NCBI RefSeq assembly: GCF_020745735.1
Contig: NC_083418.1
Location: 17,005,776 to 17,069,775 of the forward strand
DNA: 64,000 nt
Direction of reading: 5' to 3'
DNA from: Hemiscyllium ocellatum
Lineage: Eukaryota
Both the position numbers and the translations under genes were made by a program. The first letter of the stretch is position 1, and each line of letters opens with the position of its first letter. Shown here in pieces: positions 1 to 15,000 of the stretch. The notes beneath the pieces are model-generated. The model saw only the letters and a program-made list of their open reading frames with translations. It was not told the origin of the DNA and searched no databases.

Positions 1-3000
1 AATTTGTGATCATTCCCCTTTCCCATCTATGAAATTTAGTTTTTAATCATTCCCGTTTCCGAGTAGCGAAACTGGGTTTGTGATCATTCCCGATTCCGAG
101 CAGTGAACTTGAGCTTTTGATCATTCCACTTTCCCAGCTGTAAAACTGAGTTTGTGATCATTCCCGTTTCCGAGCGGTGAAACCGAGTTTGTGATCATTC
201 CCCTATCCCAGCTGTAAAACTGAGTCTGTGATCATTCCAGTTTCCGGGCGGTGAGAGTGAGTTTTTAATGATTCCCCTTTCCCAGCTCTGAAACTAAGTT
301 TGTAATCATTCCCGTTTCGAGCTCTGAAACTGAGTTTGTGGTCATTCCCCTTTCCCAGCTGTGAAACTTAGTTTGTGATCATTCCTGATTCCGAGCAGTG
401 AAACTGAGCATTTGATCATTCCGCTTTCCCTGTTGTGAAACTGTGTTTGTGATCATTCTCCTTTCCCCTCGGTGAAACTGAGTTTGTGATCATTCCCCTG
501 TCTCAGTTGTTAATCTTTGTTTGCGATCATTCCACTTTCTCAGCTGTGAAACTAAGTTTATGGTCATTCCAGTTTCCCAGCTGTAATACTGACATTGCGA
601 TCATTCCACTTTCCCAGCTGTGAAACTAAGTTTATGGTCATTCCTCGTTCCCAGCTGTGATTCTGAGTTTGTGAACATTCCCCTTTCTCAGTTGTTAATT
701 TGTGTTTGTGATCATTCCCGTTTCCGAGCATTGAAACTGAGTTTGTCATCATTCTCTTTTCCCAGCTGGGAAACTGAATTTGTGATCATTCCCCTTTCCC
801 AGCTGTGAAACTGAGTTTTGAATCAGCCCCCTTTCCCGGCTCTGAAACTGAGTTTGTGAGCATTCCCGTTTCACAGCTGTGGAACTGAATTTGTGAGCAC
901 TCCCCTATCCAAGCTGTGAAACTGAGATTATGATAATTCCCGTTTCCGAGCGGTGAAACTGAGTTTGTGGTCATTCCCCTTTCCCAGCTGTAAAACTAAG
1001 TTTGTATTCATTCCCGTTTCGAGCTCTGTAACTGAGTTTGTGATCATTCCTCTATCCCAGCTGAGAAACTGAGATTGTGGTCATTCCCCTTTCCCAGCTG
1101 AGAAACTGAGATTGTGAGCATACCCCTTTGCCGGCTGTGAAACTGAGTTTGTGAACATTCTCCTTTCCCAGTTGTTAATATTTGTTTACGATTATTCCCA
1201 TTTCCGAGCGGTTAAATCGAGTTTGTGATCAGTCCCCTTTCCTAGCTCTGAAACTAAGTTTGTAATTATTCCCATTTCCCAGCTGTGAAACTAAGTTTGT
1301 AATTATTCCCATTTCCAAGCTGTGAAACTGAGTTTGTGAACATTCCCCTTTCTTAGTTGTTAATTTGTGTTTGTGATCATTCCCGTTTCCGAGCGGTGAA
1401 GCCGAGGTTGTGATCAGTCCAATTTCCCATCTGTAATTCTAAGTTTGTGATCATTCCCCTTTCCCAGCTGAGAAACTAAGTTTGTGATCATTCCCCTTTC
1501 CCAGCTGTGGAACTGAGTTTGTGAGCACTCCCCTATCCAAGCTGTGAAACTAATATTATGATCATTCCCCTTTCCCAGCTGCAAAAGTGAGTGTGCGATC
1601 ATTCCCCTTTCCCAGCTGAAAAAATGAGTTTGTGATCAGTCCCCTTTCCCATCTCTGAAACTAAGTTTGTGAGCATTCCCATTTCTCAGTTGTGATTCTG
1701 AGTTTGTGATCATTCCCCTTTCCCATCGGTGAAACTGAATTTGTGATCATACCCCTTTCTCAGCTGTTAATTTGTGTTTGTGATCATTCCCGTTTCCGAG
1801 CGGTGAAACCAAGTTTGTGATCAGCCCCCTTTCCCAGCTCTGAAACTGAATTTGTGAACATTCCCGTTTCCCAGTTGTGAAACTGAGTTTGTAATCATTC
1901 CCGCTTCCGGGCTGTGAAACCGAGCTTGTGATCATTCCCCTTTCCCAGCGTAAAACATTTTTTTGGTCATTCCCCTTTCCCAGCTGTAAAACTGAGTTTA
2001 TTATCATTCTCCTTTACCAGTGGTGAAACTGAGTTTGTCGTCATTCCCCTTTCCCAGCTCTGAAACTGTGTTTGTGGTCATTGCCCTTTCCCAGCTGTGA
2101 AACAAAGTTTGTATTCATTCCCGTTTCCGAGCGGTGAAACTGAGTTTGTCGTCATTCCCGTTTCCCAGCAGTGAAACTGAGTTTGTGATCAGCCCCCTTT
2201 CCCAGCTCTGAAACTAAGTTTGTGAGCGCTCCCGTTTCACTGCTGTGGAACTGAGTTTGTGATCAGTCCCCTATCCAAGCTGTGAAACTGAGATTATGAT
2301 CATTCCCATTTCCGAGCGGTGAAACCGAGTTTGTGATCAGTCTCCTCTCCCAGCTCTGTAACTGAGTGTGTGAGTATTCCCCTTTCCCGGAGGTGAAACT
2401 GAATTTGTGATCATTCCACTTTCCCATCTATGAAATTGAGTTTGTGATCATTCCCCTTGCCTGTTGTTAATCTGAGTTTGTGATAATGCCCCTTTCCCAT
2501 CTGTGAAAATGAGATTATGCTCATTCTCGTTTCCGAGCAGTGAAACCGAGTTTGTGATTATTCCAGTTTCCCAGCTGTGGAACTGCATTTGTGATCATTC
2601 CCATTTCCCAGCTGGGAAACAAAGTCTGTAATCATTCCCGTTTCCGAGCTGTGAAACTGAGTTTGTGATCATTCCCAATTCCGAGCAGTGAAACAGAGAC
2701 TTTGATCAATCCATTTTCCCAGTTGTGAAATTGAATTTGTGAGCATTCCCCTTTCCCAGCTGTAAAACTGAGTTTATTTTCTTTCCCCTTTCCCAGTGGT
2801 GAAACTGGGTTTGTGATCATTCCCGTTTCCGAAGCATTGAAACTGAGTTTGTCGTCATTCTCTTTTCCCAGCTGAGAAAATGAGTTTGTGATCATTCCTC
2901 TTTCCCAGTTGTGAAACTGAATTTGTGGTCATTTCCCATTCCCAGTTGTGAAACTGAGTTTGCAATCATTCCCGCTTCCGGGCTGTGAAACTGAGTTTGT

Positions 3001-6000
3001 GATCATTCCCGATTCTGAGGAGTGTAACTGAGTTTTTGAACATTCTCGATTCCGAGCGGTGAAACTGAGTTTTTGATCATTCCCCTTTCCCAGCGTAAAA
3101 CTATTTTTTTGGTCATTCCCCTTTCCCAGCTGTAAAACTGAATTTATTATCATTCCCCTTTCCCAGCTGTGAAACTATGTTTGTGATTATTTCCGTTTCC
3201 GAGCATTGAAATTGAGTTTGTCGTCATTCTCTTTTCCCAGCTCTGAAACTGTGTTTGTGGTCATTGCCCTTTCCCAGCTGTGAAACAAAGTTTGTATTCA
3301 TTCCCGTTTCCGAGCGGTGAAACTGAGTTTGTCGTCATTCTCTTTTCCCAGCTGTGAAACTGAGCTTGCGATCATTCCCCTTTCCCAGCTGTGAAACTGA
3401 GTTTGTGAGCACTCCCGTATCCAAACTTTGAAACTGAGATCATGATCATTCCAGTTTCAAAGCGGTGAAAGTGAGTTTGTGATCATTCCCGTTTCCGAGC
3501 GGGGAAACCGAGTTTGTGATCAGTCCCCTTTCCCAGCTCTGAAACTGATTTTTGGTCATTCCCCTTTCCCAGCAGTGAAACTGAGTTTGTGATCATTCTC
3601 CTTTCCCAGTTGTGAAACTGAGTTTGTGAACATTTCCCTTTCCCAGCTGTGAATCTGAGATTGTGAGCATTCCCATTTCCCAGGTGGGAAACTGAGTTTG
3701 TGATCATTCCTCTTTCCCAACTGTGAAACTGAGTTTGTGAACATTCCCCTTTCTCATTGGTGATACTGAGTTTGTGAACATTCCCCTTTCTCATTGGTGA
3801 AACTGAGTTTGTGAACATTCCCCTTTCTCAGTTGTTAATTTGTGTTTGTGATCATTCCTATTTCCGAGCGGTGAAACCAAGTTTGTGATCTGCCCCCTTT
3901 CCCAGCTCTGAAGCTGAGTTTGTGAGCATTCCTGTTTCACAGCTGTGGAACTGAGTTTGTGAGCACTCCCCTATCCAAGCTGTGAAACTGAGATGATGAT
4001 CATTCCGGCTTCCGAGCGGTGAAACTGAGTTTGTGATCATTCCCCTTTCCCAGCTCTGAAACTGATTTTGTGAGCATTCCCGTTACCCAGCTGTAAGACT
4101 GAGTTTGTGATCATTCCCCTCTCCAATCTGTAATTCTGAGTTTGTGATCATTCTCCTTTCCCAGCTGTAAAACTGAGTTTGTGATCATTCCCGATTCCGA
4201 GCAGTGAAACTGAGTTTTTGATCATTCCTGTTTCCCAGCTGTGAAACTGAGGTTGTGAACATTCCCCTTTCCCAGCTGTGAATCTGAGTTTGTGAGAATT
4301 CCCATTTCACAGCTGTGGAACTGAGTTTGTGAGCACTCCCCTATCCAAGCTCTGAAACTGAGATTATGATTATTCCAATTTCCGAGCGGTGAAAGTGAGC
4401 TTGTGACCATTCCCGTTTCACAGCGGTGAAACCGAGTTTGTGATCAGTCCCCTTTCCCAGCTCTGAAACTGATTTTTTGGTCATTCCCCTTTCCCAGCTG
4501 TAAAACTGAGTTTGTGATCATTCCCCTTTCCAAGCTGAGAAACTGAGTTTGTGATCATTCCTTCTTTCCAGTTGTGAAACTGAATTTGTGATCATTCCGC
4601 TTTCCCAGCTGTGAAACTGAGTTTGTGATCATTCCCCTTTCTCAGCTGTGAATCTGAATTTGTGATCATTCCCATTTCCCAGCTGTGGAACTGAGTTTGC
4701 CATCATTCCCCTTTCCCAGTTGTGAAACTGATTTTGTGATCATTCCCGTTTCCGAGCAGTGAAACTGAGATTGTGAAAATTCCCCTTTCCCAGCTGTGAC
4801 GCTGAGTCTGCGATCATTCCCCTTTCCGAGCTGTAAAACTGATTTTTGGTCATTCCTCTTTCCCATTTCCCAGCTGTGAATCTGAGTTTGTGATAATTTC
4901 CCTTTCCCAGCTGTGGATCTGAGCTTGTGATCATTCCCCTTTCTCAGCTGTGACGCTGAGTATGCGATCATTCCCCTTCCCCAGCGGTGAAAGTGAGTTT
5001 TTGATCATTCCCCTTTCCCAGTGGTGAAAGTGAGTTTGTGATCATTCCAGTTTACGTGAGGTGAAACCAAGAGTGTGATCATTCCCCTTTCCCAGCTGAG
5101 AAACTAATTTAGTGATCACTCCCTTTTTCCAGCTGTGAAACTGAATTTATGACCATTCCCATTTCCCAGCTGAGAACCTGAGTTTGTGAGCACTCCCCTA
5201 TCCAAGCTGTGAAATTGAGATTGTGAAAATTTTCCTTTCCCAGCTTTGACACTGAGGCTGCGATCATTTCCCTTTCCCAGCGGTGAAAGTGAGTTTGTGA
5301 TCATTCCTGTTTACGAGCTGCGAAACCAAGTTTGTGATCAGTCCCCTTTCCTGCTCTGAAACTGAGTTTGTAAGCATTCCCCTTTCACAGCTGTAAAACT
5401 GATTTTGTGGTCACTTCCCCTTTCCCAGTTGTAAAACTGAGTTTGTGACCATTCCCGTTTCATAGCGGTGAAACTGAATTTGTGAGAATTCCCATTTCCC
5501 AGCTTTAAACCTGAATTTGTGATCATTCTCCTTTCCTAGCTGTGAAACTGTGTTTGTGATCATTCCCGTTTCCAAAATTTATAACCGAGTGTGTGAGCAT
5601 TACGCTTTCCCAGCTTTGAAACGGAGTTTGTGAACATTCCCTTTTCCCAGCTGTGAAACTGAGTTTGTGATCATTCCCCTTCTCCAGTAATGAAACTGAG
5701 TTTGTGAGCATTTCCCTTTCCCAGCTCTGAAACTGAGATTATGATTATTCCAATTTCTGAGCGGTGAAAGTGAGTTTGTGACCATTCCCGTTTCACAGCG
5801 GTGAAACCGAGTGTGTGATCAGTCCCCTTTCCCAGTTGTGAAACTGAGTTTGAGATCATTCCCCTTTCCCAGCTGTGGAACTGGGTTTGTGAGCATTCCC
5901 CTTTCCCAGCTGTGAAGCTGAGTTTGTGATCATTCCCCTTTCCCAGCTGTGAAACTGAGTTTGTGATCATTCCCCTTTCTCAGCTGTGAATCTGAATTTG

Positions 6001-9000
6001 TGATCATTCCCCTTTCCCAGCTGTGGAACTGAGTTTGCCATCATTCCCCTTTCCCAGTTGTGAAACTGATTTTGTGATCATTCCCGTTTCCGAGCAGTGA
6101 AACTGAGATTGTGAAAATTCCCCTTTCCCAGCTGTGAATCTGAGATTGTGAGCATTCCCATTTCCCAGGTGGGAAACTGAGTTTGTGATCATTCCTCTTT
6201 CCCAACTGTGAAACTGAGTTTGTGAACATTCCCCTTTCTCATTGGTGATACTGAGTTTGTGAACATTCCCCTTTCTCATTGGTGAAACTGAGTTTGTGAA
6301 CATTCCCCTTTCTCAGTTGTTAATTTGTGTTTGTGATCATTCCTATTTCCGAGCGGTGAAACCAAGTTTGTGATCTGCCCCCTTTCCCAGCTCTGAAGCT
6401 GAGTTTGTGAGCATTCCTGTTTCACAGCTGTGGAACTGAGTTTGTGAGCACTCCCCTATCCAAGCTGTGAAACTGAGATGATGATCATTCCGGCTTCCGA
6501 GCGGTGAAACTGAGTTTGTGATCATTCCCCTTTCCCAGCTCTGAAACTGATTTTGTGAGCATTCCCGTTACCCAGCTGTAAGACTGAGTTTGTGATCATT
6601 CCCCTCTCCAATCTGTAATTCTGAGTTTGTGATCATTCTCCTTTCCCAGCTGTAAAACTGAGTTTGTGATCATTCCCGATTCCGAGCAGTGAAACTGAGT
6701 TTTTGATCATTCCTGTTTCCCAGCTGTGAAACTGAGGTTGTGAACATTCCCCTTTCCCAGCTGTGAATCTGAGTTTGTGAGAATTCCCATTTCACAGCTG
6801 TGGAACTGAGTTTGTGAGCACTCCCCTATCCAAGCTCTGAAACTGAGATTATGATTATTCCAATTTCCGAGCGGTGAAAGTGAGCTTGTGACCATTCCCG
6901 TTTCACAGCGGTGAAACCGAGTTTGTGATCAGTCCCCTTTCCCAGCTCTGAAACTGATTTTTTGGTCATTCCCCTTTCCCAGCTGTAAAACTGAGTTTGT
7001 GATCATTCCCCTTTCCAAGCTGAGAAACTGAGTTTGTGATCATTCCTTCTTTCCAGTTGTGAAACTGAATTTGTGATCATTCCGCTTTCCCAGCTGTGAA
7101 ACTGAGTTTGTGATCATTCCCCTTTCTCAGCTGTGAATCTGAATTTGTGATCATTCCCATTTCCCAGCTGTGGAACTGAGTTTGCCATCATTCCCCTTTC
7201 CCAGTTGTGAAACTGATTTTGTGATCATTCCCGTTTCCGAGCAGTGAAACTGAGATTGTGAAAATTCCCCTTTCCCAGCTGTGACGCTGAGTCTGCGATC
7301 ATTCCCCTTTCCGAGCTGTAAAACTGATTTTTGGTCATTCCTCTTTCCCATTTCCCAGCTGTGAATCTGAGTTTGTGATAATTTCCCTTTCCCAGCTGTG
7401 GATCTGAGCTTGTGATCATTCCCCTTTCTCAGCTGTGACGCTGAGTATGCGATCATTCCCCTTCCCCAGCGGTGAAAGTGAGTTTTTGATCATTCCCCTT
7501 TCCCAGTGGTGAAAGTGAGTTTGTGATCATTCCAGTTTACGTGAGGTGAAACCAAGAGTGTGATCATTCCCCTTTCCCAGCTGAGAAACTAATTTAGTGA
7601 TCACTCCCTTTTTCCAGCTGTGAAACTGAATTTATGACCATTCCCATTTCCCAGCTGAGAACCTGAGTTTGTGAGCACTCCCCTATCCAAGCTGTGAAAT
7701 TGAGATTGTGAAAATTTTCCTTTCCCAGCTTTGACACTGAGGCTGCGATCATTTCCCTTTCCCAGCGGTGAAAGTGAGTTTGTGATCATTCCTGTTTACG
7801 AGCTGCGAAACCAAGTTTGTGATCAGTCCCCTTTCCTGCTCTGAAACTGAGTTTGTAAGCATTCCCCTTTCACAGCTGTAAAACTGATTTTGTGGTCACT
7901 TCCCCTTTCCCAGTTGTAAAACTGAGTTTGTGACCATTCCCGTTTCATAGCGGTGAAACTGAATTTGTGAGAATTCCCATTTCCCAGCTTTAAACCTGAA
8001 TTTGTGATCATTCTCCTTTCCTAGCTGTGAAACTGTGTTTGTGATCATTCCCGTTTCCAAAATTTATAACCGAGTGTGTGAGCATTACGCTTTCCCAGCT
8101 TTGAAACGGAGTTTGTGAACATTCCCTTTTCCCAGCTGTGAAACTGAGTTTGTGATCATTCCCCTTCTCCAGTAATGAAACTGAGTTTGTGAGCATTTCC
8201 CTTTCCCAGCTCTGAAACTGAGATTATGATTATTCCAATTTCTGAGCGGTGAAAGTGAGTTTGTGACCATTCCCGTTTCACAGCGGTGAAACCGAGTGTG
8301 TGATCAGTCCCCTTTCCCAGTTGTGAAACTGAGTTTGAGATCATTCCCCTTTCCCAGCTGTGGAACTGGGTTTGTGAGCATTCCCCTTTCCCAGCTGTGA
8401 AGCTGAGTTTGTGATCATTCCCCTTTCCCAGCTGTGAAACTGAGTTTGTGATCATTCCCCTTTCTCAGCTGTGAATCTGAATTTGTGATCATTCCCCTTT
8501 CCCAGCTGTGGAACTGAGTTTGCCATCATTCCCCTTTCCCAGTTGTGAAACTGATTTTGTGATCATTCCCGTTTCCGAGCAGTGAAACTGAGATTGTGAA
8601 AATTCCCCTTTCCCAGCTGTGACGCTGAGTCTGCGATCATTCCCCTTCCCCAGCGCTGAAAGTGAGTTTGTGATCATTCCTCTTTCCAAGCTGTAAAACT
8701 GATTTTTTGGTCATTCCCCTTTCCCATTTCCCAGCTGTGAATCTGAGTTTGTGATAATTTCCCTTTCCCAGCTGTGGATCTGAGCTTGTGATCATTCCCC
8801 TTTCTCAGCTGTGACGCTGAGTATGTGATCATTCCCCTTCCCCAGCGGTGAAAGTGAGTTTGTGATCATTCCCCTTTCCCAGCTGTGACGCTGAGTATGC
8901 GATCATTCCCCTTCCCCAGCGGTGAAAGTGAGTTTTTGATCATTCCCCTTTCCCAGTGGTGAAAGTGAGTTTGTGATCATTCCAGTTTACGTGAGGTGAA

Positions 9001-12000
9001 ACCAAGAGTGTGATCATTCCCCTTTCCCAGCTGAGAAACTAATTTTGTGATCACTCCCTTTTTCCAGCTGTGGAACTGAATTTATGACCATTCCCATTTC
9101 CCAGCTGAGAAACTGAGTTTGTGAGCACTCCCCTATCCAAGCTGTGAAATTGAGATTGTGAAAACTTTCCTTTCCCAGCTTTGACACTGAGGCTGCGATC
9201 ATTTCCCTTTCCCAGCGGTGAAAGTGAGTTTGTGATCATTCCTGTTTACGAGCTGCGAAACCAAGTTTGTGATCAGTCCCCTTTCCTGCTCTGAAACTGA
9301 GTTTGTAAGCATTCCCCTTTCACAGCTGTAAAACTGATTTTGTGATCATTCCCCTTTCCCAGTTGTAAAACTGAGTTTGTGACCATTCCCGTTTCATAGC
9401 GGTGAAACTGAATTTGTGAGAATTCCCATTTCCCAGCTTTAAACCTGAATTTGTGATCATTCTCCTTTCCTAGCTGTGAAACTGTGTTTGTGATCATTCC
9501 CATTTCCAAAATTTATAATGAGTGTGTGAGCATTACTCTTTCCCAGCTTTGAAATGAAGTTTGTGAACATTCCCTTTTCTCAGCTGTGAAACTGAGTTTG
9601 TGATCATTCCCGTTTCCCAGCTGTGGAACTGAGTTTGTGAGCCCTCCCCTATCCAAGCTGTGACACTGAGATTGTGAAAGTTCCCCTTTCCCAGCTGTGA
9701 CATTAAGTCTGCGATCATTCCCCTTCCCCAGCGGTGAGAGTGAGTTTGTGGTCATTCCCGTTTCCGAGCGGTAAACCAGAGTTTGTGATCATTCCCCTTT
9801 CCCAGCTGTAAAACTGAGTTTGTGATCAATCCCCTTTCCCAGCTCTGATTCTCAGTTTGTGATCATTCCCGTTTCCGATCTGTGAAACTGAGTTTGTGAT
9901 CATTCCACTTTCCAGTTGTTAAACTGAGTTTGTGATCATTCCTGTTTCCCAGCTGTGAAACTGAGATTATGATCATTCTTGTTTCCGAGCAGTGAAACTG
10001 AGTTTGTGATTATTCACGTTTCTAGCAGTGTTACTGAGTTTGTGAGCATTTCCCCTTCCCCAGCGGTGAGAGTGAGTTTGTGGTCATTCCTGTTTCCGAG
10101 CGGTAAACCAGAGTTTGTGATCATTGCGCTTTCCCAACTCTGAAACTGAGTTTGTGATCATTCCCCTTTCCCCACTGTGGAACAGAGTTTGATATCATTC
10201 CCCTTTCCCAGCTGTGAAACTGGTTTTTTGATTATTCCCCTTTCCCATCTTTAAAACTGAGTTTGTGATCATTCCTCTTTCCCAGCTCTGAATCTGAGTT
10301 TGTGATCATTCCCATTTCCCAGCTGTGGAACTGAGTTTGCCATCATTCCCCTTTCCCAGTTGTGAAACTGATTTTGTGATCATTCCCGTTTCCGAGCAGT
10401 GAAACTGAGATTTTGAAAATTCCCCTTTCCCAGCTGTGACGCTGAGTCTGCGATCATTCCCCTTCCCCAGCGGTGAAAGTGAGTTTGTGATCATTCCTCT
10501 TTCCGAGCTGTAAAACTGATTTTTTGGTCATTCCTCTTTCCCCTTTCCCAGCTGTGGATCTGAGCTTGTGATAATTTCCCTTACCCAGCTGTGGATCTGA
10601 GCTTGTGATCATTCCCCTTTCCCAGCTGTGACGCTGAGTCTGCGATCATTCCCCTTCCCCAGCGGTGAAAGTGAGTTTGTGATCATTCCAGTTTACGTGA
10701 GGTGAAACCAAGAGTGTGATCATTCCCCTTTCCCAGCTGAGAAACTAATTTTGTGATCACTCCCTTTTTCCAGCTGTGAAACTGAATTTATGACCATTCC
10801 TATTTCCCAGCTGAGAAACTGAGTTTGTGAGCACTCCCCTATCCCAGCTGTGAAATTGAGATTGTGAAAATTTTCCTTTCCCAGCTGTGGCACTGAGTCT
10901 GCGATCATTCCTCTTTCCCAGTGGTGAAAGTGAGTTTGTGATCATTCCAGTTTCCGAGCGGTGAAAGTGAGTTTGTGATCATTCCTGTTTACGAGCTGCG
11001 AAACCAAGTTTGTGATCAGTCCCCTTTCCTGCTCTGAAACTGAGTTTGTAAGCATTCCCCTTTCACAGCTGTAAAACTGATTTTGTGGTCATTCCCCTTT
11101 CCCAGTTGTAAAACTGAGTTTGTGACCATTCCCGTTTCATAGCGGTGAAACTGAATTTGTGAGAATTCCCATTTCCCAGCTTTAAACCTGAATTTGTGAT
11201 CATTCTCCTTTCCTAGCTGTGAAACTGTGTTTGTGATCATTCCCGTTTCCAAAATTTATAACTGAGTGTGTGAGCATTACTCTTTCCCAGCTTTGAAACG
11301 GAGTTTGTGAACATTCCCTTTTCCCTGCTGTGAAACTGAGTTTGTGAACATTCCTTTTTCCCACTGTGGAACTGAGTTTGATATCATTCCCCTTTCCCAG
11401 TTGTGAAACTGAGTTTTTTGATTATTCCCCTTTCCCATCTTTCAAACTGAGTTTGTGATCATTCCTCTTTCCCAGCTCTGAATCTGAGTTTGTGATCATT
11501 CCCCTTTCCCAGCTGTGACACTGAGGCTGCGATCATTCCCCTTTCCCAGCGGTGAAAGTGAGTTTGTGATCATTCCAGTTTCCAAACCTTGAAACTAAGC
11601 TTGCGATCATCCCCCTTTCCCAGCTGTAAAACTGATTTTGTGGTCATTCCCGTTTCCCAGCGGTGAAACTGTGTTTGTGATCATTCCCATTTCCCAGCTG
11701 TGAATCTGAGTTTGTGATCATTCCACTTTCCTAGCTCTGATTTTCAGTTTGTGATCATTCCCGTTTCCGATCTGTGAAACTGAGTTTTGATCATTCTACT
11801 TTCCCAGCTGTGAAACTGATTTTGTGATCATTCCACTTTCCCAGTTGTGGAACTGAGTTTGTGAGCACTCCCCTATCCAGCTGTGAAACTGAGATTATGA
11901 TCATTCTCGTTTCTGAGTTGTGAAACATGAGTTTGTGATCACTCCACTTTCCCAGCTGTGGAAATGAGTATGTGAGCACTCCACTATCCAATCTGTGATA

Positions 12001-15000
12001 TTGAGATTATGATCATTCTCGTTACTGAGCAGTGAAACTGAGTTTGCGATCATTCCCCTTTCCCAGCTGTGAAACTGAGTTTACGATCAATCCCCTTTCC
12101 GAGTTGTGGAACTGAGTTTGTGAGCACTTCCCTATCCAAGCTGTGAAACTGAGTTTGTGATCATTCCCGTTTCCGAGCGGTGAAACCGAATTTGTGATCA
12201 CTCTCCTTACCCAGCGATGCAACTGAGTTTGTGATCAGTCCCCTTTCCCAGCTGTGAAACTGAATTTGTGAGCATTCCCCTTTCCCAGTTGTGAAACTGA
12301 GTTTGTGATCATTGCCCTTTCCCAGCTGTGAAACTGGGTTTTTGAAAATTCCCCTTTCCCAGTTGTTAAACGGAGTTTGTGATCATTCCAGTTGCCGAGC
12401 GGTGAGAGTGAGTTTGTGATCATTCCCGTTTGTGAGCGGTCAAACTGAGTTTGTGATCATTCCCTTTTCCCAGTGGTGAATCTGAGTTTGTGATCATTCC
12501 CCTTTCCCATCTGTAATTCTGAGTTTGTGGTCGTTCCCCTTTCCCGACTGTGAAACTGTCTTTGCGGTCATTCCCGTTTCCGAGAGTGAAACTGAGTTTT
12601 TGACTATTCCACTTTGCCAATTGTGAAACTGAGTTTGTGATCATTCCCCTTCCCCGCTATGAAACTGAGTTTGCGATCATTCCCGTTTCCGAGTTGTGAA
12701 ACTGAGTTTGTGATTATCCCCCTTTCCCATATTTGGAACTGAGTTTGTGATCATTTTAGTTTCCGAGCTGTGATTCTGAGTTTGAGATCATTCCCCTTTC
12801 CCAGTTGTGAAACTGGTTTTTTTGATCATTGCCCTTACCCAGCTGTAAACCTGAATTTGTGATCATTCCCCTTTCCCAGCTGTGGAACTGAGTTTGTGAG
12901 CCCTCCCCTATCCAAGCAGTGAAACTGAGATTGTGAAAGTTCCCCTTTCCCAGCTGTGACACTAAGTCTGCGATCATTCCCCTTCCCCAGCGGTGAGAGT
13001 GAGTTTGTGATCATTCCTGTTTCCGAGCGGTAAACCAGAGTTTGTGATCATTGCGCTTTCCCAACTCTGATACTGAGTTTGCGATCATTCCCGTTTCCCC
13101 GCTGTGGAACTGTGTTTGTGAGCATTCCTGTTTCCCAGCTGTGAATCTGAGTTTGTGATCATTTCCCTTTCCCAGCTGTGAAACTGAGTTTGTGTTCATT
13201 CCCTTATCCAGCTCTGAAACTGAGTTTATGACCATTCCCCTTTCCCAGTTGTGAAACTGAGTTTGTGATCATTCCCCATTCCCAGCTGTGAATCTGAGTT
13301 TGTGAGCATTCCCCTTTCCCAGCTGTGGAACTGAGTTTGTGATCTTTCCCCGTTCCCAGCTGTGAAACTGAGTTTGTGATCATTCCCGTTTCCCAGCTGT
13401 GGAACTGAGTTTGTGAGCACTCCCCTATCCAAGCTGTGAAACTGAGATTGTGAAAGTTCCCCTTTCCCACCTGGGACACTAAGTCTGCGATCATTCCCCT
13501 TCCCCAGCGGTGAGAGTGAGTTTGTGGTCATTCCCGTTTCCGAGCGGTAAACCAGAGTTTGTGATCATTGCGCTTTCCCAGCTCTGAAACTGAGTTTGTG
13601 ATCATTCCCCTTACCCAGCTGTAAAAATAATTTTGTGGTCATTCCCCTTTCCCAGCGGTGAAACTGTGTTTGTGATCATTCCCATTTCCCAGCTGTGAAT
13701 CTGAGTTTGTGATCATTCCCCTTACCCAGCTGTAAAACTAATTTTGTGGTCATTCCCCTTTCCCAGCGGTGAAACTGAGTTTGTGATCATTCCCATTTCC
13801 CAGCTGTAAAACTAATTTTGTGGTCATTCCCCTTTCCCAGCTGTGAAACTGAGTTTGTGATAACCCCGGGAATTACAGGCCAGTTAGTCTTACTTCTGTG
13901 GTAGGCAAAGTAATGGAAAGGGTACTGAGGGATAGGATTTATGAGTATCTGGAAAGACACTGCTTGTTTAGGGACAGCCAGCACGGATTTGTGAAGGGTA
14001 GGTCTTGCCTTACAAGTCTTATTGAATTCTTTGAGGAGGTGACCAAGCATGTGGATGAGGGTAGAGCAGTGGATGTAGTGTACCTGGATTTTAATAAGGC
14101 ATTTGATAATGTTCCCCATGGTAGGCTTATGCGGAAAGTCAGGAGGCATGGGATAGAGGGAAATTTGGCCAATTGGATAGAAAACTGGCTAACCGGTCGA
14201 AGTCAGAGAGTGGTGGTAGATGGTAAATATTCAGCCTGGAGCCCAGTTACAAGTGGAGTTCCGCAGGGATCAGTTCTGGGTCCTCTGCTGTTTGTAATTT
14301 TTATTAATGACTTGGATGAGGGAGTCGAAGGGTGGGTCAGTAAATTTGCCGATGATACGAAGATTGGTGGAGTTGTGGACAGTGAGGAGGGCTGTTGTCG
14401 GCTACAAAGGGACTTAGATATGATGCAGAGCTGGGCTGAGGAGTGGCAGATGGAGTTCAACCCTGCCAAGTGTGAGGTTGTCCATTTTGGAAGAACAAAT
14501 AAGAATGTGGAATACAGGGTTAACGGTAGGGTTCTTAGTCAGGTGGAGGAACAGAGGGATCTTGGGGTCTATGTACATAGATCTTTGAAAGTTGCCACTC
14601 AGGTGGATAGAGCTTGTAAGAAGGCCTATGGTGTATTAGCGTTCATTAGCAGACGGATTGAATTCAAGAGTCGTGAAGTGATGTTGTAGCTGTACAGGAC
14701 TTTGGTTAGGCCACATTTGGAATACTGTGTGCAGTTCTGGTCGCCTCACTTTAGGAAAGATGTGGAAGCTTTGGAGAGGGTGCAGAGAAGATTTACCAGG
14801 ATGTTGCCTGGAATGGAGAATAGGTCGTAGGAGGACAGGTTGAGAGTTCTCGGCCTTTTCTCTTTGGAACGGCAAAGGATGAGGGGTGACTTGATAGAGG
14901 TTTATAAGATGATCAGAGGAATAGATAGAGTAGACAGTCAGAAACTTTTTCACCGGGTGCAACAGAGTGTTACAAGGGGACATAAATTTAAGGTGAGGGG

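Noticed and set aside
13898-14689. 263-aa RT ORF as a functional gene
   Set aside because: It is a 5'-truncated CR1 with no endonuclease, no true start and two premature stops.
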